A DNA stretch of 64,000 nucleotides from Octopus sinensis (taxonomy: Eukaryota), in NCBI RefSeq assembly GCF_006345805.1, contig NC_042999.1:20708001-20772000 (forward strand), written 5' to 3'. The first letter of the stretch is position 1. Each line of letters begins with the position of its first letter. Below, piece by piece: positions 37,581 through 50,403 of this stretch. Position numbers and translations under genes: made by a program. The notes beneath the pieces are model-generated. The model worked only from the letters and a program-made list of their open reading frames with translations, made no database searches and was not told the origin of the DNA.

Positions 37581-38207
37581 ATACAACCAGTGGTAGATGC
37601 ATAGAAACATTACCATAAATATGCCCTGTCTTCAGGGTGGAGAGATTGTCGTCATACCAACCTTTCCTCACGATATTTGCTTTCTTATGCTTATGTCCAA
37701 TCCATCTGCACTTCTCTACGTAAGACATACACATTATTCAGAGGTCGGATTTCTCTCTCATCTACTCATCACTACAAGAAATGTGTGGATAATCATATCA
37801 AAGAGCTAGAATAAATAATATATTAATAGATATCCTATAAGAACGCTCTAACGCCTCTACCAACCTACCACTTACAGTTTACTAATCAAACTTCAGTTTT
37901 ACTTGATAACAGGTAGGAACATATTTGAAAGTACTAAAGAGAAAAAGTTGCATAAATATCTCTAAAGCTTTACGAAGTTAATCTTGCTGATATTTACATA
38001 CCTTTTTCCACACGCTAAAACAAATTTGGCAAACAGAGAACATACAGAACTATTGAGAAGAGGTGCTCCAATAATGTTTGCTGCACGAATTCTTGTGAAT
38101 ATGTTATAAAATATTTGTTTGATTCAATAAGCTTCCTACATATAAATACGACAGTTTTTCTATCTCTCTATTTATCTATATATCTATTTTACTGCTTATA
38201 TTTGTAG

Positions 38208-38209
<2 letters not shown>

Positions 38210-38295
<86 letters not shown>

Positions 38296-38452
38296 GCATA
38301 TGTATATGTATATTTATATATGTATACATATATATACATATGTGTATGTGTGTATATATGTATATATGTGTGTGTGTATATATGTATATATATAGGTATG
38401 CATATATATATATTTATATATGTATGTATATATATATATATGTATATATATG

Positions 38453-38507
<55 letters not shown>

Positions 38508-38510
38508 TGT
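38210..38510. repeat. (TA)n compound microsatellite
   Basis: Direct reading. Confidence 0.95.
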
Positions 38511-40261
38511 AGGTATAGATAGATATGTGCAAGTGCTTATACAGTATATATGTGTGTGTGTGATTGTGTAATTGTATGTGTTTGCTCACACATGTAAACG
38601 ATTGTACATCTAAGTGTATGCAAACAAAATGTGGGTGTATGTCTACCTACTTCTCTATTCGGTCTGTGTATATTTATCACTTTCCGTTAGCATGAGTATA
38701 TTCTACTACACGTATATATTATTTCGTGAATATTCATATATATTGCCTGCATATATATCATATCTCTTACATACTCATTCTTCTTGCTTTTTCTCTCACA
38801 TACATACTTTCTCATACATACATATTTGCGTAAGTGTATTAGTTTCATATTCTGGATTATATGTTTTTCGATTTGTGTATGTATAGTCCCTGTTCTCATT
38901 TTTTTATTGGTAGCTTCATGAAGGACTCTTTGTTAATGAAATCAATGGCAGCTTCAAAAGAGAAGCATAATTTGATCACGCTAACCAATATATATTCTAG
39001 CAGAACAGAATATGTAGGTCTTTGAATGTTACTAGTTTTTCTGAGCCGTTTAGGATAAATTGACTGTGAGATCTGAAGAACTGCCTAAACAATGGATACT
39101 AAAACCATATCATACAAACTTAAGTAGGAAATTAAATCGAAGCTGATATGGATTGTGTTATTGATCAGAGAGTGTTGCCGAAAAAAATTATATATTGGCA
39201 AATATATATACATACATGCACACTCACACATACATATGTGTACGCATATTGATATATATAAATATATATATATATACATACGTACATTCATATATATATA
39301 TGTGTGTATGTATATATGTAAGTATATATATGCATTCATTCATACACACATACACGTGTATAAATATGAACCACGTTATTATACATCCTAGGTAGGCGGT
39401 AAGCAATAATGAACTCAATTACGACAAAATCCGTTATAACTATACAAGCAGACGCAAACATAATTTGACATCAAATTACTCTTAATAAGGCTCACACATG
39501 TGCACACATACATATATATCTGTGTGCATGTATTTATTTATGATTATTTATATTTATTGTATTGGAGTATCAAGGTGTGTATACGTAAATAACTTTATAT
39601 ATGATATCGTCAGTTAATTATCATACATCGTTAATTCAAGTTTCATACCAGGACAACATTAAGCAATCATCAGACGAATGCAAAATAATAATAAAAATAA
39701 TACAAATATCATCAAAAATAGCTGAACATATTACCCCATTTTATATTTTTGATATAAATTTACATGGAGCGTACCTCATATCGACCATAGCGAATTACTT
39801 CCTCTCGGGTAGTGTAAACATAAATACGAATACGAAAATTAGATAAAGACACTAAACGTGAAGTAGAAAATATGTTTATGATGGAGAAGGTGATACAACG
39901 AATAACTACAGTTAATGGAGGAAAGCATAAATGTACAACCATACGGTATTGAGCATGGAAAGATAACTGAGAGCATTTTATTGAGCTTAGGCGGGGGTGT
40001 TTGGATAGATGAAACAGAAACGGTTTGGTTGTATTGATTTATACTTAACCCAATAATAAATATTTTATATCGTTATACACTCTGCATTTTTCCCAAACTG
40101 ATTATACTTAACTATGTATATACAGTGCATGCCTATTCAATAGTTCGCTGATCTTCCTAAGTATTGATTCATTTATTCCGATTATATGAAATTCTTGGAT
40201 CCAGGTAAAAGCTACAAGACTGGACACATTTTCCAAAAGTTTTCGCATCTCATATTTCGCA

Positions 40262-40677
40262 TCTTTAACGAAAATATTCGCATAGAGAAAATCTGTGATA
40301 CTATCACACATCAATCATATCAATTTGGTCTACTATATAAAATGATATAACTACAACAAAATAAAGAAACTGAGTTTTAGATTTCAGCGGTATAATGCTT
40401 AGTTGTATACACATGGCACACTCTGAAGATATATTGACTATATCTAAACGAAACTATATTTTCAGATTTATTGAGGAATCTCTAGTTTCGTTTCGATATA
40501 GTCTATATATCTTCAAAGTGTTCCATGTACATACAACTAAGCATTATGCCGCTGAAATCTAAGACTCAGTTTCTTTATTTTGTTGTAGTTATATCATGTT
40601 ATATAGTAGACCAATGTGATATGATTGATGTGTCATAGTTTCACAGATTTTCTCTATGCGAATATTTTCGTTAAAGA
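40262..40677. repeat. 416-bp diverged fold-back palindrome (195-bp arms, 26-nt loop)
   Basis: Arms 40262-40456 and 40483-40677 are reverse complements, roughly 90% identical by eye. Confidence 0.95.
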
Positions 40678-40732
40678 CTTGTAGAAGTGTTCCGCTATCT
40701 GAATTAGTAATGCATCTTTGGCAATTGTGGAG

Positions 40733-41020
40733 GGCACATGGCCTAGTGGTTAGAGCAGCAGACTCGCGGTCGAGGAATCGCGTGTTCTAATCTCAGGCCG
40801 GGCGATGTGTGTGTTTATGAGCGAAACACCTAAGTTCCACGCGGCTCCGGCAGAAGGTAATGGCGAACTTCTGCTAACTCTTTCGTCAAGACTTTCTCTC
40901 ACTCTTTCCTCCTGCATCTTGCAGTTCACATGCGACGGATTGTCGTTCCGTCCAGGTGGGGAACCTATACGCCAAGGAACCGAGAAACTGCCCTTATGAT
41001 TCAGGTGTGACTCGAGAAGG
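40733..41020 (+). mobile_element. SINE, family A-like head with tail-D-like 3' part
   Basis: gtggagggcacatggcctagtggttagagc head; gcgaaacacctaagttccacg body. Confidence 0.8.
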
Positions 41021-41039
41021 AAAATCTTTGGCAATTGGA

Positions 41040-41990
41040 GGATAAATTTGTTTAAACCCATTCCCATCCGTGTGTGTATTGTCGTTTTAAGCAGTTCTGA
41101 TGGGTACATCTGAATGAAAAGATTTTCCTCGGCATCGAGGTAAGTCATGAAATTCGTTTTCCTAATTTGCTGCTCTGCATATTGCGGTTTATTGAATGAC
41201 ATAGTTGCGTATTTTCCTGCATTGGTAGCGCTGTATTTGTGATTTTGCCTGTATTTGTTTTTGACGTTTTTCCGTGGGGTTTTGAGTTGTTTTATTCTGC
41301 TTGGATTTTTGTGTTAGAAGTTGTCTAGTTTTCTGTGTTCTTCAAATATTGTGCGTGGTTTTATTTTCCTGCCGCTATGGCCACTTACTTTCATTTTTAA
41401 ACGCCTCTCAAGATATTTGTTTTGCTTTGCTCTCTTCTATATTATTCTTCTTCCCGCTTGAAGAGAAATAAGTTCTGAAGGTTGTTTGATAAATGTCTGC
41501 ACTTTTATCACTGCTCTGATTCATGATTCATGATATGGAGAGGAATACCATCTTCTTAATCCTTTTTGCTTCAAAAACGATGGTAGTAAAACCCTTTGGT
41601 GTCTGCGTAGTGGTTTCAATTTTTGCTGCTAGTATTGTTCTAGCTTCGTCCGTTACAGCTGCTACATCTCTTCTTGGTTGTTTTTGACTGTGGCATTGGC
41701 CACAACGAGGCTTTTAGTCTAATATTTAGTACTACTCATCTTTCTCCCCTTATATTTATAAGGCAGGAGTCCAATTTCGAAACACTTCATTATTTTTTAC
41801 TTCAAAAATTGTGAAGAATTTTAGTGTTACTAAATATATTGAGTATTTCTGTCGATTTTTCTTGCTTTGCTCTCTTCTATATTATTATTCTTCTTGCTTG
41901 AAGAGAAATAAGTTCTGAAGGTTGTTTGATAAATGTCTGCACTTTTATCAATGTTCTGATTTATGATATGGAGATTTGTGAGATTTGTGC
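41040..41990 (-). mobile_element. Unclassified degraded element with ~110-bp internal direct duplication
   Basis: 41425-41540 repeats at 41862-41972; strand-biased coding-like composition with many stops. Confidence 0.35.
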
Positions 41991-42019
41991 TAATGGCTTG
42001 TTTCAAGTTTCCGTTATCA

Positions 42020-42080
42020 CCGCTACCACCATCATCATCATCTTCATTATCATCATCACCATCATCATTATCATCTTCAC

Positions 42081-42112
<32 letters not shown>

Positions 42113-42113
42113 A

Positions 42114-42149
<36 letters not shown>

Positions 42150-42158
42150 TAGTATAAA

Positions 42159-42198
<40 letters not shown>

Positions 42199-42221
42199 AT
42201 TATTATTATTATTATTATTAA

Positions 42222-42255
<34 letters not shown>
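42020..42255. repeat. (CAT)n(TTA)n microsatellite
   Basis: Direct reading. Confidence 0.95.
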
Positions 42256-42819
42256 GAGTGAGAGAGCAGTTCATGCCATCAAAGTGACATTGGGGTAAAA
42301 TATACGAAGCCCAATATACCCATCATGACTACTCGTCTGATAAGGGTACACCAGGCACATGCATCACAACCATATGTGCGCGACATGGTGATCTCATATC
42401 AAGATAAACAGCACAAGACCTTGCAGGTGGGGCCCAGTTAGAATTTTCTTCAGGTTGAGTAGCCCATCCCGCGCAAAAGGTCCCTGAATAAGGGTTGTTT
42501 AAGGATGTTGAAAGAACCACCCATGTTTCCAGATGTGAATTATTCAAACCCCAAAGATGGCTATGATGCTCCCCCACTACTTCTGCTCGTGATCAGAGAT
42601 GCACATATCATCAGCCACTAAGGGACATGGTCAACTGGTTAAGGTCAAACAACTGACAAGCAAATCTGTGGTATTGAGCAGAATATTTGCTGTAGCCCAT
42701 CTATTATACCAAGACAAAACAATGTACATGATAACACTTCCAATCAGTTAAGATCAGAAGCCATGAGAGCCACTGCAGAAGCCATGAGAGCCACTGCTTA
42801 GAAGCCATGAGAGCCACTG

Positions 42820-42820
<1 letters not shown>
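42165..42820 (-). mobile_element. Non-LTR-derived repeat with (TAA)n tail; 21-bp triplication at its 5' end
   Basis: Homologous to 18480-18900; agaagccatgagagccactgc x3 at 42756-42820. Confidence 0.8.
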
Positions 42821-42821
<1 letters not shown>

Positions 42822-42876
<55 letters not shown>

Positions 42877-43090
42877 GTAACAAAACTCAACCTCTTTGTT
42901 ATTCCTGGTAGGAGTTTTCCGGGTTGCGGGTCACTACCTGTAACATTACGTAACCACACGTTTTCGGCTGTCTTTCAAGTGCTTAGAGCTTCCAGATGCT
43001 CTCGGCTGTCCTTAAGATGCAAATATTCTCTAGAAGCTCTACCAGGAAACTTATTTCAATCTCCTTCGGCCATTTGTCTATATCTTGGCT
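42822..43090 (-). mobile_element. RLE-LINE 3' end with (TAA)n tail
   Basis: Minus translation GLGTVSQDIDKWPKEIEISFLVELLENICILRTA resembles the RLE C-terminus. Confidence 0.6.
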
Positions 43091-43225
43091 TACTGTTCCC
43101 AACCCACCAAATCATTATTTCATTTTTCATTTAATTTCATCTAGTTTCAGCTCACGAGCTGTGGCCATGCTGGGGCACCGCCATTATAGGCACGATCTTT
43201 ATTGTTCTCATGCTCCAAATTGTTC

Positions 43226-43630
43226 CTCTTTCACTCTTTTACTTGTTTCAGTTATTTGACTGCAGCCATGCTGAAGCACCACCTTTAGTCGAGCAAATCG
43301 ACTGCGAACATATTCTTTGTAAGCCTAGTAGTTATTATATCGGTCTCTTCTGCCGAACCTCTAAGTTGCGGGGACGTAAACACACCAGCATCGGTTGTCA
43401 AGCGATGTTGGGGGACAAAGACACACAAACATATATACACACATATATATATATATATATATACATATGTACGACGGGCTTCTTTCAGATTCCGTCTACC
43501 ATATTCCACTCAGAAGGATTTAGTCGGCCCGAGGCTATAGTAGAAGACGCTTGTCCAAGGTGCCACGCAGTGGGACTGAACCCGGAACCATGTGGTTGGA
43601 AAGCAAGCTACTTACCACACGGCCACTCCT
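43226..43630 (-). mobile_element. SINE family B
   Basis: Family match. Confidence 0.92.
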
Positions 43631-43795
43631 TCAAATTTTAAAGGATTGCATTCTCTTTGTTTTCCTTCCTCTTTCTTTATGATCCTGGAATTAAAGGGGC
43701 ATGGCGGGTCGATAAGTAAACTACTTCGCTTTTCCTTATCTATGATCGTAATATCTGTTCTATTATTTTCTAACTCCTTGTCCGTTATTACTCAG

Positions 43796-43838
43796 GGCTT
43801 CACTGAAGAGAATACATTCTCTAAAACCTATGCACATG
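43796..43838 (+). CDS. Candidate short exon (GFTEENTFSKTYAH or ASLKRIHSLKPMHM)
   Basis: CTAAC branch point, polypyrimidine tract, cag acceptor, ATG|gtaaag donor. Confidence 0.3.
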
Positions 43839-44735
43839 GTAAAGTTTCAGGCTGTGGAGAAAAACATTAATATTAAATATATTTCATACTTGCACTTTTA
43901 CGAATTAAAGAAAAGAATGTATTGTGATAGAATAATGTTCTAGTTTAACCACAAAATAAAGAGACTAATGTTTGGTTTACGTCTCATCATTTCAATGAAC
44001 ACCATTCTATATTTTTATACTTGGTGAACCAAAACAAGATAATTTGTTTCTCACGGCAATAGAGGTTTTTAACAAAACGCGATATAATACACAATTCAAA
44101 CATGACAACCTATTTCTGCTGAACCATTTATTTCAATAGTAGGATATTGAGCTTCCATGAAATATATGTTAGACATTAAACCGTACCAAGCTGCTTGGTT
44201 GTCACTGTGTACAGTATGTTATATGAATATTTTATTCCAGTAATTGTGTTTTGCTGTCTATGTTTGCAGCGAAATAGTACATTATATTCGTCTATTTAAT
44301 TTGTAAAATATACGAACACAAGATGGTACCTGATAAGCTGTACGATATATGATAATGTTTCTGCATAGTAAACATGTGATGGTATCTATAGTTTAAAATG
44401 CTTTAGTTATTTGTTAGATTTAATAATATAATATATAGTAAATGGGTCACTGAAACATTACAGTAAATTATAGTTATAAAACTTTAAACAAATTAGTGGT
44501 TTAGAAAACTGTACAGACTAAGTTGCAAGGACCGTAAAATATATGTAAGTGATTCGTTTTTATACTTTCAAGAAAAAGAAACACTCTTTCCAAATAATTT
44601 TAGTAACTTCTTTTAACTAATCATTTATTATAACTAAACTTTACTATTTAATCATTACAGAAACACTAACTTATAATAGTTTCTCAAGCAAAAATGTTTT
44701 TCAGTATTTAACCCAAGCGGTTTTGCTCATGATAT

Positions 44736-45155
44736 TCTTTTATTCTTTTACTCTTTTAATTGTTTCAGTCATTTGACTGTGGCCATGCTGGAGCACCGCA
44801 TTTAGTCGAGCAAATCGACCCCAGGAATTATTCTTTGTAAGCCTAGTACTTATTCTATCGGTCTCTTATGCTGAACCGCTAAGTTACGGGGACATAATCA
44901 CACCAGCATCTGTTGTCAAGCGATTCTGGGAGGACAAACACAGACACACAAACATATACACGCATACACACACAACACACATATATATATATACATATAT
45001 ACGAGGGGCTTCTTTCAGTTTCCGTCCATCAAATCCACTCACAAGGCTTTGGTCAGCCCGAGACCAAAGTAGAAGACATTTGCTCAAGGTGCCACGCAGT
45101 GGGACTGAACTTGGAACCATGTGGTTTGTAAGCAAGCTACTTACTATTGAGCCAC
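44736..45155 (-). mobile_element. SINE family B
   Basis: Family match. Confidence 0.92.
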
Positions 45156-45297
45156 GATTATTTTCCCGTAAAAATAAAAATTCAAATAATTTTTTACAAC
45201 AAACCTCAATGATACTTCAAAATAGTTTGTTTGTTTTTGTAGCATCAACATTCCTGGATGAACTTCCGTACTTTAAGGTCAAATAAACATCATTTAG

Positions 45298-45431
45298 AAA
45301 TATCAAATCAAATGTAACAAACCGTTATCAAAAATCTTGTTTACTGTTAAACGAAGCGGCGAGATTTGTAGTCGAAAAACTTAATCAGTTCCAGCAGCTT
45401 TTTTTTTCAAAAGTTCCTGAGGGTCTTCGGG
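45298..45431 (+). CDS. Candidate exon (NIKSNVTNRYQKSCLLLNEAARFVVEKLNQFQQLFFSKVPEGLR)
   Basis: Protein-like open frame, tttag acceptor (weak), G|gtatgc donor. Confidence 0.3.
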
Positions 45432-45523
45432 GTATGCACAAAGATCAAAAGATCTGCTCCATTGCTTTCTGATATAAGTGACATTTCAAAAATGGTTGAA
45501 TGAAAATGTAGTATTCTTCAACA

Positions 45524-46318
45524 AGGGGATGCTGAAAAGTTCCTAGCTTCGGCTAACAGAAAATACAGGAGGATCAGTTATGATTATATTTAGCATATTC
45601 CACTCTCAGATTCACACACTTACAGCAGCGGTCCTTCAATTTTCTCTAAGCCCTCTAAAAGAACTTAGAAGGTTGGGTAATGCCCTTTATGTAATGCGTA
45701 ACAATCTCAGGTTTCAGATCTGTGAATGTGTTCTTGCATATTCCACTCTCAGATTCACACACTTACAGCAGCGGTCCTTCAATTTTCTCTAAGCCCTCTA
45801 AAAGAACTTAGAAGGTTGGGTAATGCCCTTTATGTAATGTGTAACAATCTCAGGTTTCAGATCTGTGAATGTGTTCTTGCATATTCCACTCTCAGATTCA
45901 CACACTTATAGCAGCAGTCCTTGAGTTTTTTAAGCCCTCTAAAAGAAATTGGAAGGTTGGGAAATGGCCTTTATGTAATGCGTAACAATCTCAGGTTTCA
46001 GATCTGTCAATGTGTTCTTGCATATTCCACTCCCAGATTCACACATTTATAGCAGCAGTCCTTGAGTTTTTTAAGCCCTCCAAAAGGAATTGGAAGGTTG
46101 GGTAATGTCCTTTATTTAATGCGTAACAATCTCAGGTTTTCAAATCAGGTTGCAAATCTGTGAATGTGTTCTCGCATATTCCACTCTCATATTCACACAC
46201 TTATAGCAACGGTCCTTCAGTTTTTCTAAGCCCTCCAAAAGAACTTGAAAAGTTGGCTAATGTTATTTATGTAATGCGTAACAATATCGGTTTTCATATC
46301 TGTCAATGTGTTCTTGCT
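45524..46318 (-). repeat. Tandem array of five ~143-bp units derived from a mariner 3' end
   Basis: Units start at 45593, 45736, 45879, 46020, 46174; minus strand reads GLKKLKDCCYKCVNLRVEY; preceded by TIR-like aggggatgctgaaaagttcct. Confidence 0.85.
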
Positions 46319-46898
46319 AGCGCTGGCTCTTTGCAGTGAGCAACATTACTTTGAAAATACTATACAGAACATGTTACTTCGTGTAATTACATTTCAGGGA
46401 CTGAAAGTGCCACGACTGCATTAACCAAATTAAAAGAGAAAGTAATATAGAAATTTCAAAAACTCTATTCAGAAACGATATCAAAATGAATGGCTTCTTT
46501 TCAACTCGCATAATATATCAATGAAATTTTATCTTAGTGAATCCGTGTTTTCAAAGACATTACTATGTAAAAATTCTGGTAACAACAATACATTTTCTCA
46601 AGAGATATTGCAAGCATCCAGTTAATTTTCATAAATATCAAATGTCTTCAGTTTTTTTTTTTCTCTATTAAACAGAGTGAGGTTAATAACTTACAGGAGT
46701 AAGTCAATACTTACGAAATGAAAGTTCATCTAAGTTAATAAGTTTAATGTCAAAATGAAGGCCGTCAATTAGATAAAGACATTGATCCTTTTAACAATTC
46801 TTTCATTTTTAACTTACGGCGTTCTGAAGTGTGCTACTAACTGTGTGGTCGGAGTATTTGATTGGATGACTATGTTGGTAAATGTCTACGACTTGTCT

Positions 46899-46899
<1 letters not shown>

Positions 46900-46931
<32 letters not shown>

Positions 46932-47156
46932 CACCACCACCAGCACTACTACTACTACCACCACCACCACCAGCACTACTACTACTACTACTACCACCAC
47001 CACCACCAGCACTACTACTACTACTACCACCACCACCACCACCAGCACTACTACTACTACTACCACCACCACCAGCACTACTACTACTACTACTACCACC
47101 ACCACCAGCACTACAAATACTACTACCACCACCACCACCACCAGCACTACTACTAT

Positions 47157-47189
<33 letters not shown>

Positions 47190-47212
47190 CACCATCACCA
47201 GCACTACTACTG

Positions 47213-47251
<39 letters not shown>
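46900..47251. repeat. Compound CAG-CAC-(TAC)n-(CAC)n higher-order trinucleotide repeat
   Basis: Direct reading. Confidence 0.95.
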
Positions 47252-47252
<1 letters not shown>

Positions 47253-47394
47253 AGAACACTAATTTATTTGTGGTCCAATGATTTTATAAACCAAAGTGGT
47301 TTTGCTGACCATGGCTACTCTCTAAATGTGTCATCAAACCATGGCGTGTTTAGATATATGTTAAAATTAATAAACTAATTGATGTTACAGGTAT

Positions 47395-47844
47395 AGGCGT
47401 AGGAGTAGCTGTGTAGTAAGTATACAGCGTAGGAGTGGCTGTGTGGTAAGTAGCTTGCTTACCAACCATAAGGTTCCGGTTTCAGTTCCACTGCGTGGCA
47501 ACTTGGGCAAGTGTCTTCTACTTTAGCCTTGGGCCGACCAAAGCCTTGTGAGTGGATTTGCTAGACGAAAGCTGAAAGAAGCCCGTCGTATATATGTATA
47601 TATATTTGTATATATATATGTATGTGTGTGTTTACGTTTGTCTGTCTGTGCTTGTCCCCACAACATCGCTTGACAACTGATGCTGGTGTGCTAGGTCTCC
47701 GTAACTGAGTGGTTCGGCAATAGTGACCGATAGAATGAGTACTAGGCTTATAACGAATAAGTTCTGGGGTCGATTTGCTCGACTAAAGGTGGTGCTCCAA
47801 CATGGCCACTGTCAAATTACTGAAACGAGTAAGTAAGTAAAGAG
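47395..47844 (+). mobile_element. SINE family B with duplicated 5' head
   Basis: gcgtaggagtagctgtgtagtaagta followed by gcgtaggagtggctgtgtggtaagta. Confidence 0.92.
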
Positions 47845-48101
47845 GTATTGTTATTTGGTTAACTAAACTATTTTCACAAACGTGTGACGTAATAATTGAT
47901 TGATTGAATGCTCTGTTACTGAGTGTCTTAATGACCAATGTCTGACGACCAATGATTTCTGTCGTAACTATCTGTTGCACGAACAACAATTTCTCAGGAA
48001 GAAAATAAAACAAAAAATATTTTTTATTCGACTCCCTGCAATCGCTATAAGCAATTCCAACGTATAGCACGAGGAACTAAACAAAAGGCCCATCTATACA
48101 C

Positions 48102-48507
48102 TTTACTCTCTTTTACTCTTTTACTTGTTTCAGTCATTTGACTGCGGCCATGCTGGAGCACCGCCTTTAGTCGAGCAAATCGACCCCTGCACTTATTCTT
48201 TGTAAGCCCAGTACTTATTCTATCGGTCTCTTTTGCCGAACCGCTAAGTGACGGGGACGTAAACACACCAGCATCGGTTGTCAAGCAATGCTAGGGGGAC
48301 AAACACAGACACACACACACATATACATATAAATACATATATACGACAGGCTTCTTTCAGTTTCCGTCTACCAAATCCACTCACAAGGCATTGGTCGGCC
48401 CGGGGCTATAGCAGAAGACACTTGCCCAAGATGCCGCGCAGTGGGACTGAACCCACAACCATGGGGTTGGTTAGCAAGCTACTTACCACACAGCCACTCC
48501 TGCGCCT
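48102..48507 (-). mobile_element. SINE family B (young)
   Basis: Family match. Confidence 0.95.
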
Positions 48508-48672
48508 ATACTAGGTATAACAACCAGATAATGCTAAATCAAACCACAGGATTCTATCAACGCAAAGCAAATATTAAATCATGCAGTCTTATAAACCACT
48601 AAACATTAGATTATGCTTAAAGCTGAAAGGAAATTAGGCATCTTTTAATCAACCAGGCATGATACATGATAA

Positions 48673-49070
48673 CCTTTTCTACTATGGGTACAATACCTGA
48701 AATTGGGGGAAGGGGGACAATTGATTACATCGACCCCAGTACTCAACTGGTGCTTAATTTATCGACCCCGAAAGGAAGTAAGGCAAAGTTGACCTCGGTG
48801 GAATTTGAACTCAGAACGCAGTGGCAGACGAAATACATATTTCTTTACTACCCACAAGGGCCTAAACACAGAGAGGACAAACAAGGTCAGACAAACGGAT
48901 TAAGTCGATTACATCGACCCCAGTGCGTAACAGGTACTTATTTAATCGACCCCGAAAGGATGAAAGGCAAAGTCGACCTCGGTGGAATTTGAACTCAGAA
49001 CGTAGCGGCAGGCGAAATACCGCCTAGCATTTCACCCGGCATGTTAACAAGTCTGCCAGATCGCCGCCAT
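48673..49070 (-). mobile_element. Two nested SINE C copies (type-1-tail copy inserted into a type-2-tail copy)
   Basis: Tail tttctttactacccacaaggg abuts cagacgaaatac of the other copy at ~48840. Confidence 0.88.
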
Positions 49071-49324
49071 AGGCTTGCTACATGATGACACAACTAACAA
49101 TAGCAGTAACATTTCCATTTGCAATTACTTATAGTTAGTTTGTGTTGAAACTCTGTAGTATGAGCCAATTTGTCTTGGACACAGCACAGTGTTAATGGTG
49201 AAAAATTAATCATATTATCGATTCGTACGACAATTGCCTTGGCACGCTGAATTCTTAACAATACCACTCCAAATAAAAGTAGTAAAACAAAAATACAATG
49301 CTTATTTCAACAAAAAAATCTACA

Positions 49325-49763
49325 GGCTGTGTGGTAAGTAGCTTGCTTACCAACCACATGGTTTCGTGTTCAGTCCCACTGCGTAGCTCCTTGGGCAAGT
49401 GTCTTCTACTATAGCCTCGGGCCGATTAAAGCCTTGTGAATGGATTTGGTAGACGGAAACTGAAAGAAGCCTGTCGTATATATATATATATATATATATA
49501 CATAGAGAGAGAGAGATAGATAGATAGATAGATGTGTGTGTGTGTATGTTTGTGTGTCTGTGTTTGTCCCCCCAACGTCACCTGACAACCGACGCTGGTG
49601 TGTTTTCCTCCCCGTCACTTAGCGGTTCGGCAAAAGAGACCGACAGAATAAGTACTAGGCTCGCGGAGAACAGTCCCGGGGTCGATTTTCTCGACTAGAG
49701 GCGGTGCTCTAGCATGGCCACACCCAAATGACTGAAATAAATAAAAAAATAAAAGAAAAGAAT
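49325..49763 (+). mobile_element. SINE family B
   Basis: Family match. Confidence 0.93.
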
Positions 49764-49989
49764 ATATACACGTACATTTTTATATATAAAATTCTAAGTT
49801 CCTGTTTTTTTGTTCTCTTCCCCTATTTCTATCACACTGATGAGGAAAACTTGTAGCAATGCTCAAATATATTATATAGAAGAAAGCAATTTATAGTAAA
49901 AAAAATAGGCAGATTGGATATTTGGATAGGTAGATAGACGATTCAGAGTGAGAAGGAGAGCAGTTTATGATATCCATGTAATCTATTTT

Positions 49990-50403
49990 TTCTTTTTTCT
50001 TTTATGTTTCTTTTACTTGTTTCAGTCATTTGACTGCGGCCATGCTGGAGCACCGCCTTTAGTCGAGCAAATCGACCCCGGGACTTATTCTTTGTAAGCC
50101 CAGTACTTATTCTATCGGTCTCTTTTTGCCGAACCGCTAAGTGACGGGAACGTAAACACACCAGCATCGGTTGTCAAGCAATGCTAGGAGGACAAACACA
50201 GACACACAAACACACAAACATACACATATATATATATATATATATACGACAGGCTTCTTTCAGTTTCCGTCTACCAAATCCACTCACAAGGCATTGGTCG
50301 GCCCGGGGCTATAGCAGAAGACCAAGGTGCCACGCAGTGGGACTGAACCCGGAACTATGTGGTTGGTTAGCAAGCTACTTACCACACAGCCACTCCTGTG
50401 CCT
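49990..50403 (-). mobile_element. SINE family B (young)
   Basis: Family match. Confidence 0.95.

Noticed and set aside
41040-41990. Assignment as Penelope GIY-YIG or as a host exon (ORF 40750-41202)
   Set aside because: No convincing catalytic motifs; many stops; the ORF runs into a SINE. Left unclassified.
45298-45431. TBC/Rab-GAP domain suggested by KVPEGLRG
   Set aside because: No downstream TBC motifs found; the next in-phase candidate (46378) lies in an old duplicated segment
45593-46318. CRISPR-like array
   Set aside because: Contiguous ~143-bp tandem units with no unique spacers, no cas genes, eukaryotic context
46782-47378. Poly-Y/H, poly-T, poly-V, poly-L/P, poly-S/G ORFs
   Set aside because: All frames are open because of the trinucleotide repeat; no unique coding flanks
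49837-49870. CTGATGAG hammerhead core
   Set aside because: GAAA is missing its G and no stem I pairing can be formed
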